Part shown: positions 33,185 through 40,000 of the stretch, in pieces
Layout of the letters: every line of letters starts with the position of its first letter
Position numbering within the stretch: position 1 is the stretch's first letter
Assembly (NCBI GenBank): GCA_964514565.1
Contig: CAZERA010000001.1
Span: forward strand, 552,080-592,079
Length of the DNA: 40,000 nucleotides
From: an uncultured Candidatus Peribacteria bacterium
GTDB lineage: Bacteria; Patescibacteriota; Gracilibacteria; RBG-16-42-10
Direction of reading: 5' to 3'
Notes under the pieces: model-generated
What the model was told of the DNA's origin: nothing
The model's database searches: none
What the model saw: the letters and a program-made list of their open reading frames with translations, nothing else
Translations under genes and position numbers: made by a program

Positions 33185-33640
33185 TTATTCTCCTAAACTA
33201 GTTTTGATCATCCAGCGCATTTTTTGATGCTCCTCAAGCATTGCAGTCAATAGATCAGCCGTGCCGACATCACCTTGTTTGTCAGTGCTGTCGATGAGCT
33301 CTTCCAAGAAACTAATTACTGTTTCATGGAGATCAAACAATGTCTTGAGTCTTTTATCGAGATCCTTTTCATTGACGTCATTGGTCTCTACGACTTTGAG
33401 CTTACTCATTTTAGGATATTCACCGAAGCGGCCTTCAGTCACACCATCGAGCTGGCGGATACGCTCTGCTACTTCGTCGATGTTGTCATAGATCATTTCC
33501 GCATGCGCATCAAACAGCGCGTGGTACTGACTAAATAGTCTACCACGATAGTTCCAGTGATAACCTTTGTAAACGGTATAGCTATGGAAAAAGGTAGCTA
33601 CTAGTTCGTTGAGTGATTTGATAGTGAGATTTTCTTTCAT
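33185..33640 (-). CDS. dps: Dps-family DNA-protecting ferritin-like protein
   Basis: LNELVATFFHSYTVYKGYHWNYRG..F...H..FD.......DEVAERIRQLDG...DL are Dps ferroxidase-centre motifs (H...HW...G..F..LH..fde...D.iAER). The protein is 151 aa. Confidence 0.85.
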   Translation of the reverse strand: MKENLTIKSLNELVATFFHSYTVYKGYHWNYRGRLFSQYHALFDAHAEMIYDNIDEVAERIRQLDGVTEGRFGEYPKMSKLKVVETNDVNEKDLDKRLKTLFDLHETVISFLEELIDSTDKQGDVGTADLLTAMLEEHQKMRWMIKTSLGE

Positions 33641-33673
33641 AAAAATATAGGTAAAATGTTGGGAGCACTTTTT

Positions 33674-33702
33674 AATGTATTCTCTTTGAGAATAATTCTC
33701 AA
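33674..33702 (-). promoter_or_regulatory. Candidate dps promoter
   Basis: On the minus strand: -35 TTGAGA (33702-33697), a 17-nt spacer, and -10 TACATT (33679-33674). dps is separated from the upstream gene by 98 bp. Confidence 0.4.
33687..33701. promoter_or_regulatory. Fur-family (Fur/PerR-like) 7-1-7 inverted repeat
   Basis: TGAGAAT-A-ATTCTCA is a perfect palindrome. It differs at one position per half-site from the Bacillus Fur 7-1-7 box TGATAAT-N-ATTATCA, and it overlaps the -35/spacer of the dps promoter. Confidence 0.5.
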
Positions 33703-33738
33703 GTTCCTATTCTTGCTTAATCACAAGATCTATTTCTT

Positions 33739-34173
33739 TTACTCTTTACTTGTTTGCGCACCAAAAAGTAAGCTGGAATGAAGCTCTTCAGGCTTGAATG
33801 GTTGAAGAATGACGATGCTTGTAGTGAAGTTGAATTGGAGCACTGCCAACTCCAAGGCGTCTTTGAGTCGAGCTTGATCATAACCAAGTGCTATCACTGC
33901 CGGCTGATGGCTTTGTAACACCTGCCACATCTTTATATCAGCGTCTCCTGGAACTACAGCATCAGCTATTCCCAAAGCTTCAATATCAGCGATTCTCTTG
34001 GTTAGTGGCAGACGGGGAGGATGGTTCTTGAGCTTTTGTACTACTTGATCCTGGGTCAGGGCAACAACGAGTTCGTCACCGAGCGCTTTTGCCTCCTGCA
34101 GCATCCGAATATGCCCATCATGAATCCCATCAAACACCCCAAAACAAAATACTTTTTTTGCGTGTGAAACCAT
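33739..34173 (-). CDS. Cytidylyltransferase-like (HxGH) nucleotidyltransferase
   Basis: KKVFCFGVFDGIHDGHIRMLQEAKALGDELVVALTQD contains the GxFDxxHxGH signature of the nucleotidylyl-transferase superfamily (FAD synthetase / glycerol-3-P cytidylyltransferase-like). Start placed at ATG 34173. Confidence 0.65.
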   Translation of the reverse strand: MVSHAKKVFCFGVFDGIHDGHIRMLQEAKALGDELVVALTQDQVVQKLKNHPPRLPLTKRIADIEALGIADAVVPGDADIKMWQVLQSHQPAVIALGYDQARLKDALELAVLQFNFTTSIVILQPFKPEELHSSLLFGAQTSKE

Positions 34174-34227
34174 AAAATTGATTTTGTAGAAAGAATATAG
34201 CACAGTGCCTTCGTATTAATCGACCGT

Positions 34228-35016
34228 ATGTATTTCGAGCAGCTAAGAGAGCATCTGTTTGCCAACGTGGACTATCCAGAGTCTATGCGCGAAGTGATGG
34301 GCAAGATAACAGCTTGGCATCAATTTTGTGCTTTACCGAGTGAGACCAAAATGCTTTTTACCTATCCTGATGATCAAGGTGTTTGGGATGCTGGTTATAA
34401 GAATCGTCGCAAGGCTGAGGGGCGAGAAGACAAAGAGTACATGCATTTCCATGGCAATTATCGCGATTTGCTTCAAAAATACGGCTTAGCAGAGTTGGTG
34501 GAAAAAGATCCTACCCTCAAAGCGATGTGGGATTTAGTTAGTGGCATCAGAACAGAAGCGGGTAAACTGATCACAGTTATTGCCACTGATCTTGACCAAC
34601 ATATACCCGGTTTAGCTAAGAATGTGGCTGATAGCACTGACCTAATGACGTTGCGATTTCTTCACTATACTCCAGAGGACGATCAGGATGATAATCTTGC
34701 TGCTGCTCATTTTGACCGGAGTGGTTTTACACTGCACTTATACGAAAATAAAAACGGTCTTCAACATCTTACGCTTGCTCATCAATGGGAAGATAGTCCA
34801 ATCGACAGCAACAACACTGTCGTATTTGCTGGCTACCAATTACAAGCAGAGAGTCGCGGTGAAATCAAAAATACTTGGCATCGTGTTATTCGAAAACATG
34901 ACACCCAAGTACAAGGTGATCGGTATTCATTAGTAGCATTTGTACCTTTCAAACACACACCTACGTATGATGCTAGCGCTCGTTCGCAAGATCTCAAGCC
35001 GGGATACCAAAATTAG
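34228..35016 (+). CDS. 2-oxoglutarate/Fe(II)-dependent oxygenase (isopenicillin-N-synthase-like)
   Basis: The HxD...H facial triad candidates are AAHFDRSGFTLHL and NTWHRV. RYSLVAFV supplies the 2OG-binding Arg-x-Ser. Confidence 0.65.
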   Translation: MYFEQLREHLFANVDYPESMREVMGKITAWHQFCALPSETKMLFTYPDDQGVWDAGYKNRRKAEGREDKEYMHFHGNYRDLLQKYGLAELVEKDPTLKAMWDLVSGIRTEAGKLITVIATDLDQHIPGLAKNVADSTDLMTLRFLHYTPEDDQDDNLAAAHFDRSGFTLHLYENKNGLQHLTLAHQWEDSPIDSNNTVVFAGYQLQAESRGEIKNTWHRVIRKHDTQVQGDRYSLVAFVPFKHTPTYDASARSQDLKPGYQN

Positions 35017-35170
35017 GTCAGAGGTACGATCCCGCCTCTGCGGGAAGAGATCAGAGATTTTTGGTGAGACCTGTTTTGGACTGCCCGTAAGGGCGTCATT
35101 CCAGCCCTGCACCAGCAGGGAGATGAATCTCAGTCAAACTGCAGCTGGGCCAAAAACGTCAGCCAATTAA
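35013..35170. repeat. Composite element 'E': shared 17-mer plus three GC hairpins between convergent genes
   Basis: TTAGGTCAGAGGTACGA (35013-35029) is identical to 4315-4331 and overlaps the TAG stop. Hairpins: TCCCGC-CTCT-GCGGGA (35030-35045), GCCC-GTAA-GGGC (35083-35094) and CCCTGC-ACCA-GCAGGG (35105-35120). Confidence 0.5.
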
Positions 35171-35194
35171 TGATCATGAACAATTTAGTTTGCT

Positions 35195-35878
35195 CTACTC
35201 CTTTACCGGACCGTGACTAGCGATTTTCATCAATCCTAAATCCACAATGACCAAACCAATCCATAGCCAATCAAAATAGGGGATTATGGTGAAAATTCTG
35301 ATCAGATTGAGCAAAGTAAAAATACTAGTAATTACCAAAACTGACTGGGTACTCCACTGAGTAGTCATAGTAGCCTTCAGCCTGCTATAAGTACTCCATA
35401 GTGCAATCGTCAAAAAGACCAAGATAATAGTGAAATTTTGTTCGGCTACCCCTGCAAATATTCTTTCTTGAATACTGGGAGTAGGATCAAGTGAACCTGA
35501 GCCATTGATACGAACGTATAGATTGGGTTGATAGAGATAGAGCTTGATAATAATCGTACGGGCGATTGTCCAGATGAGAGCAGCCACAGCACTGCCATAC
35601 GTAGCGCTATACCAGAAATCGGGACCAGTTTTCCACTGTAAATTGATCAACACTACTACGGCCAAAGCATCTAGACCAAGCAAGATATCGAATGTACTCA
35701 GACTGCCAAGCCATGGTGCTATAGTGCCGAAAGGTTGTAACTCATAAAGTCCAGTACAGATCGTTAAAACCGTCAGCAATGCAATACTCACTAGTACTAT
35801 CCAGTACATAGCTTTCTTCTCATGTTGCAAAACCTGGGTTAAGTCATTGCGTTTGATCGTTGGTAGAGACTTAGACAT
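35195..35878 (-). CDS. Hypothetical polytopic membrane protein (227 aa)
   Basis: Six or so hydrophobic helices. No motif recognised. Confidence 0.55.
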   Translation of the reverse strand: MSKSLPTIKRNDLTQVLQHEKKAMYWIVLVSIALLTVLTICTGLYELQPFGTIAPWLGSLSTFDILLGLDALAVVVLINLQWKTGPDFWYSATYGSAVAALIWTIARTIIIKLYLYQPNLYVRINGSGSLDPTPSIQERIFAGVAEQNFTIILVFLTIALWSTYSRLKATMTTQWSTQSVLVITSIFTLLNLIRIFTIIPYFDWLWIGLVIVDLGLMKIASHGPVKE

Positions 35879-35943
35879 AGCAAATTTTATATTGCCATGA
35901 TGCTAACACAAAAGTAGTGGAGGTGGATATGATGCTTAATTGA

Positions 35944-36879
35944 CTACTTTTTCACCTTCTTAAGCCATTTAGCATTGGAAGCTTTTGCTGCATATGCTAT
36001 TGCCGAAGGGAGATTTGCTGCTTCGGCAATGATGATTTTGCCACCACCGATTTCACGATGGCGTTGTGCCAATAAAGTGCCTTCTACCGTGCGCTTGATA
36101 AAGTGAGGATTGGTTTTATCTTCAGCAATCTGTCGGAGAGACAATGCTCTTATAAGGGTGCTGGCATCAATTGGTACAGTAAAGTCAGCACAACCACTCA
36201 CCACAGCACTATTCCTATTGCTGACGGCGTTATGTAAAACACGTAATCCAAGTTCAAGCGTGAAGCTTATAGCTTCGGCTCCATCTAGTCCTGCTAAAGT
36301 ATTTGGTGCCAGTATGCCTGTATAAGATGGTGCATGAGGAGCATAGCCACTCTGGCCATTGAAAGCTGAATGGATTCCCGGAATGATGCAAGTAGTGGCA
36401 GCCTCCTCGCGCTCTTTATATCCGTACCAATGGCCACCATGTATTGGTTGGTCTAGCGGTGTTGCCACCACCTCAATCAACTGATCACTCACTGTACTAC
36501 AGCGTACTATTACTGCGGCACCATCGATGCGTTGTTCAGGTTCTTTTCGAGGTATTATCCGTGCTTTTAGGCTGAGTTCAGATTGTACTAATTGAAGTAT
36601 CTTGGCTCGGTGAAGATGCTTGATGTCATTATTACCAAGTTTTGCAGCCAATTTTAGCATTGGCAAAAGGATCTCTGGACTATGTACAATTTCTTTACTC
36701 CAATCAGTCAATAAAAGCCTTGTTTCAGCTCGTGCTTGATTGCCACTAATAGTAGTGGCATCTAGACAATCTTTGGCATAATCTCTTTGGCAGCTACTTT
36801 CAATTTTAGTTACCAACTCTTTATCTGCCCCAGCGAAAGCAGTCGCTAAGTTTTTTATGAGTTCTAGATATTTGAGCAT
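35944..36879 (-). CDS. Hypothetical protein, paralog A of a tandem pair (311 aa)
   Basis: Shares blocks with 36935..37867: ARAETRLLLTDWSK..VH..E.LLPML.LA, GA.VI..C.T, IEVVA.PL..PI.GG.W.G, LAPNT, LELGL, GC..F..P and IGGGKI. No signal peptide and no known motif. Confidence 0.55.
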   Translation of the reverse strand: MLKYLELIKNLATAFAGADKELVTKIESSCQRDYAKDCLDATTISGNQARAETRLLLTDWSKEIVHSPEILLPMLKLAAKLGNNDIKHLHRAKILQLVQSELSLKARIIPRKEPEQRIDGAAVIVRCSTVSDQLIEVVATPLDQPIHGGHWYGYKEREEAATTCIIPGIHSAFNGQSGYAPHAPSYTGILAPNTLAGLDGAEAISFTLELGLRVLHNAVSNRNSAVVSGCADFTVPIDASTLIRALSLRQIAEDKTNPHFIKRTVEGTLLAQRHREIGGGKIIIAEAANLPSAIAYAAKASNAKWLKKVKK

Positions 36880-36934
36880 GCGTGTTTTTATTGAAGTAGC
36901 AAAATACTAAGATCCTTTATGCTTGTCAAAGTAG

Positions 36935-37867
36935 CTACTTTGTCCATTTGCCTCGATAGAGTCCGGCAGTAAATTTGATAGTATCTCGAGCTGTCATTAT
37001 GGTACCCATAGTAATAGTACCTCCACCAATACTATTGTTAGCTGGGTCTGAAATATTTAGGCTAAATGATGTTTTTTGTAAGGCTGGACTCACCCGGGCA
37101 GTATGAACCGCATTGCAACTAATTTCGCCTATACCAGTCCATTCAGCCCTGGGTAGCGAAAACTGCTTACATCCCAAAAACAATGACTCACTGTCACGTG
37201 GTAGTAAACGTCCAATAATGCCCAATCCTAGGTCAAGACTAATAACAGCTGTTGTTGGTGCTAGTAGAGTATGTAGCTGATTTGTTGCTGCTAATGGTGC
37301 CCGCAAGCCTCGTATTATTCCTGCTTGTCTACTTCCATCAATAGATTCTGCCGATTGTAAATCTGGGTAAAGTGTACCTTTCAAAGAGCTATCTATCAGC
37401 TCTTCATGTCCTGTCCAGGTACCTCCGGCAATGGGCTTTTTTAATGGTTTCGCTACTATCTCCACGCGTCTACCACTTTGAGTAACACAGAGCATTATCA
37501 CTTTTGCACCAGATTTGTGCATACGTATTTCCTCCGGCGCTAAGAACTTTGCTTCTAACTCTAGTTCGCACTGAACAGGACTAATAAATTTTGTATCTTC
37601 GATACCAACAATACTTTCTCCACTATATCTTTCAGCCAACTGCAGCATTGGCAGCATAGTTTCACTACCATGAACGAAAAGTTTGCTCCAACTTGTGAGT
37701 AGTAACCTTGTTTCTGCACGGGCTGATTGTTCCGTGATTACCAAATCAGTTAAACAATCTTCTTCAAAATCACGCGGGGTGTCTTTTTCTTGTACAGTTT
37801 TTAAACGTGTTTTTTTACGATATTTAAATGTGAAGACATCCCACCCGAATGCAAATAGATTGTCCAT
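36935..37867 (-). CDS. Hypothetical protein, paralog B of a tandem pair (310 aa)
   Basis: See paralog A. Corresponding blocks: ARAETRLLLTSWSK, MLPMLQLA, VEIVAKPLKKPIAGGTWTG, LAPTT, LDLGLG, GCKQFSLP and IGGGTI. Confidence 0.55.
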   Translation of the reverse strand: MDNLFAFGWDVFTFKYRKKTRLKTVQEKDTPRDFEEDCLTDLVITEQSARAETRLLLTSWSKLFVHGSETMLPMLQLAERYSGESIVGIEDTKFISPVQCELELEAKFLAPEEIRMHKSGAKVIMLCVTQSGRRVEIVAKPLKKPIAGGTWTGHEELIDSSLKGTLYPDLQSAESIDGSRQAGIIRGLRAPLAATNQLHTLLAPTTAVISLDLGLGIIGRLLPRDSESLFLGCKQFSLPRAEWTGIGEISCNAVHTARVSPALQKTSFSLNISDPANNSIGGGTITMGTIMTARDTIKFTAGLYRGKWTK

Positions 37868-37883
37868 TGTCTAAAATAGCGAA

Positions 37884-37957
37884 ATGGTAAATTAGTTTGT
37901 TTTGGTATTTGTGTCAATATATACGTTTACCATAAGCCATTAGGGCTATTTACCATA
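37884..37957. promoter_or_regulatory. Three copies of the 8-9-mer TTTACCAT(A) (one inverted, two direct) in a divergent promoter region
   Basis: ATGGTAAA at 37884-37891 is the inverted copy. TTTACCATA occurs at 37926-37934 and 37949-37957, with 23-bp spacing. A TATAAT at 37989-37994 precedes the 38018 gene. Confidence 0.35.
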
Positions 37958-38017
37958 CCTGACAATAGATTTGGGATAGTATTTTTGCTATAATTAAATG
38001 TTAACTAATACAAAAAC

Positions 38018-38629
38018 ATGCAAAACATGCCTGCTCATTTGGATAGTATGTGCCGATCATATGTGGATAGCTTACCGGGCCATCCTAGTGCTAGAAGGTT
38101 GGAAAGAGAATTGCGTGAAGTGCGCTCATTTGTGGCTCATGTTTTGAGCTCAAGAGGTGTTAATCCTGGTAAGGGTTTATTAGACCTCACTCACTGGACC
38201 AGCGCCAAAGAAGAGGCCTTGATTGAAGCATGTCCGGCTGATGAGAAAAAAGCAGAACCTTATAATGCTGCAATCAATGCCGTTGCCAATCTCAATGCTT
38301 TAGTGGCAGCTGAGCTGACTGATGTAATGGTCCCTGGTACTAAATTTGCTTCCGTAGAGACTATTGGTGTGACGTTAAACGTTGATGAAGAACGAATGGT
38401 TTCTGCTTTGGGACTGCCCAAGGATCAATCAGAAAGATTGCGAATCAAAATGCAACTGATTAAATCAGGAAAGTGGGAAGGACTCCGTATTCGTAGTGTG
38501 ATGAACCAACCACAAGTTCGAGCTGTGGCGGTTGGCAAGATCCGTATCTTGTTCAAACACCATACTGGTGAGATTCTTTCTGTAGGTCAACGCAAAGAGG
38601 TTTATGATCATCCTGCAGCTCGCAACTAG
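38018..38629 (+). CDS. Hypothetical protein with a RelE/ParE-like C-terminal pattern
   Basis: 203 aa. The C-terminus GKWEGLRIRSV...VRAVAVGKIRILFKHHTGEILSVGQRKEVYD resembles the RelE/ParE consensus (G..r.RvGdyRiiY......i.vl.vghRkevY). The N-terminal ~140 aa are unassigned. Confidence 0.5.
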   Translation: MQNMPAHLDSMCRSYVDSLPGHPSARRLERELREVRSFVAHVLSSRGVNPGKGLLDLTHWTSAKEEALIEACPADEKKAEPYNAAINAVANLNALVAAELTDVMVPGTKFASVETIGVTLNVDEERMVSALGLPKDQSERLRIKMQLIKSGKWEGLRIRSVMNQPQVRAVAVGKIRILFKHHTGEILSVGQRKEVYDHPAARN

Positions 38630-39396
38630 GCTCCCCTGATAGCTAGCTCTAGCACCATAGGACAGTGATCTGAGCCTTTTATTTGGGGGAGGGTGTAAGC
38701 ATTCTTTAATTGTGATAGGAGTGACTTGCTCGCAAAAATATAATCTAATCGCCACCCAACATTGCGGGCTCTAGCTTCAAAAGCTTGTGTCCACCAGGTA
38801 TATATTTCTCCCTCGGCATGAAAGTGCCGCAAGGTGTCTATGTAGCCGAGCTCTAGCAATTTACTAATTTGTTGGCGTTCTCCCGGGCTAAACATGATGT
38901 TGTTTTTATTCCCTTTGGGACGAGCCAAGTCAATTTCTGTATGGGCAATATTAAAGTCGCCACAGAGAATAATATTTTGGGTCGGGTCAGTGGGGAGCGC
39001 AGCGAATAGGTTCTGATAACTCATCAGCTTATAAGGCAGTTGTTCTTTTCCTCTGCCCCCATGTGGTAAGTACAAGTTGATAATAGTGAGCTCAGGAAAG
39101 GTGATGGTTTGGATGCGGCCTTCACTACTAAATCGTTCGTCACTGAAACCAATGTTAGTGGAACTTGGCGCTGTTCGGGTAAAAGTAGCAGTCCCTGCAT
39201 AGCCTTTCTTTTGAGCTGAGTTGATATGGACGTCGTAGCCTACAATTCCCAACAGCTCTGCAGGAAAATCGCTACTTTGACATTTGATCTCTTGCAGACA
39301 AAGTATGTCGGGCTTTTCGGTTTCTATGAGTTGTCGAAATCCTTTAGCTAAGCATGAACGAATGCCGTTTACATTCCAGGTGATTATTTTCATCAA
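38626..39396 (-). CDS. xth: Exodeoxyribonuclease III (ExoIII/APE1 family AP endonuclease)
   Basis: KIITWNVNGIRS, DILCLQEIK, GYAGTATF, LCGDFNIAH, WRLDYIF and GSDHCP are the conserved EEP-fold catalytic blocks. Confidence 0.9.
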   Translation of the reverse strand: MMKIITWNVNGIRSCLAKGFRQLIETEKPDILCLQEIKCQSSDFPAELLGIVGYDVHINSAQKKGYAGTATFTRTAPSSTNIGFSDERFSSEGRIQTITFPELTIINLYLPHGGRGKEQLPYKLMSYQNLFAALPTDPTQNIILCGDFNIAHTEIDLARPKGNKNNIMFSPGERQQISKLLELGYIDTLRHFHAEGEIYTWWTQAFEARARNVGWRLDYIFASKSLLSQLKNAYTLPQIKGSDHCPMVLELAIRGA

Positions 39397-39474
39397 CTCT
39401 TATTAGGTAATAAGTTTTGCTGTCATTGGTCTTTTCGCTAGGATATGCTATGGTTCCGCTTCATTTTTGTAAAT

Positions 39475-40000
39475 ATGAAAACACCTTCATTAGCTAGTTT
39501 CGCATTCGTCAGTACGCTCAATCTGTTGGGTGGTTGTCAGACATCGCAAGCAGTGGCACCCAATAGATCAGTTGTCTGTCCTACTAATCCAACTCCCACT
39601 GCACCTAATCCTGCAGTAGCTGTAGTACAGCCAACTTGTGCTGGAAGCGTTAGTGCTGAGACTTTTTTACGTAATCAAATCGCGGCCATGCGTCCCACTA
39701 CACCTCGAGGGATCAGGTATGATATGCGCAAGATTCTGATGCTGGCTGTCTCTGAAGATGAAGGTACAGATGAGCCTGTACTTCAAGCTGAAATAGCTCG
39801 ACAACAACCTTGTAGTCAAGGCGAAGCTAATATTGGGATCATTCGTACACAAATCTATGGAGGGCTAGGGGATGGATATAGACCATCGGAGATTACTGAA
39901 CGCTTAGTATTTACTGACCTGCATGGTGCTGACTTTGCTATTCATTCAACTTTGACACCAAATCTACCTGGTCAAGTACATACTTGTTTACCAGATCGTA
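39475..40000 (+). CDS. Predicted lipoprotein, 3' end cut by the window edge
   Basis: The frame is open from ATG 39475 to the window end. Hand translation begins MKTPSLASFAFVSTLNLLGGCQTSQAVAPN..., a signal peptide with the lipobox LLGGC. It is absent from the ORF track because there is no stop in the window. Confidence 0.55.
   Translation, partial: MKTPSLASFAFVSTLNLLGGCQTSQAVAPNRSVVCPTNPTPTAPNPAVAVVQPTCAGSVSAETFLRNQIAAMRPTTPRGIRYDMRKILMLAVSEDEGTDEPVLQAEIARQQPCSQGEANIGIIRTQIYGGLGDGYRPSEITERLVFTDLHGADFAIHSTLTPNLPGQVHTCLPDR

Noticed and set aside
4315-35170. CRISPR array interpretation of the repeated short units
   Set aside because: The repeats are 7-nt degenerate tandem units in inverted arrays of only about 4 copies. 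They have no unique spacers of 25-40 nt and no cas genes, so this is not CRISPR architecture.

Overview
Moderately AT-rich bacterial chromosomal window with about 45 protein-coding genes on both strands. I saw no rRNA, tRNA or CRISPR array.

Recognisable genes:
- An archaeal-type aspartyl-tRNA synthetase preceded by a textbook T-box antiterminator/terminator leader.
- Short-form NAD(P) malic enzyme, exodeoxyribonuclease III, CutA, an S51 peptidase, thermonuclease and a MazG-like protein.
- Dps, with a Fur/PerR-like 7-1-7 box in its promoter.
- Two CYTH proteins.
- An ECF sigma / membrane anti-sigma-like / secreted-repeat-protein operon.
- MarR, DUF1801, a CcdA-thioredoxin fusion, DUF2207, a bPH membrane protein, a 2OG-Fe(II) oxygenase and an HxGH nucleotidyltransferase.

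Several enzymes belong to families better known from eukaryotes: a DUF1704/MATCAP-like peptidase, a cN-III/UMPH-1 5'-nucleotidase, a QNG1/DUF2419 queuosine-salvage protein and a sphingomyelin-synthase-like PAP2_C protein. Roughly a third of the ORFs are orphans I cannot place, including a tandem pair of divergent ~310-aa paralogs.

The most unusual content is non-coding:
1. A family of composite intergenic palindromes built from degenerate heptamer arrays around short GC hairpins. One of them, an ~85-bp inverted repeat pair, encloses a stand-alone GIY-YIG nuclease gene. Gene-less relatives elsewhere carry fragments of the same core.
2. A ~134-bp internally palindromic repeat present twice in direct orientation, bracketing the DUF1801 gene.

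Shine-Dalgarno sequences are essentially absent upstream of the starts I inspected.

All family assignments come from motif recognition by eye. No database search, covariance model or folding program was available.
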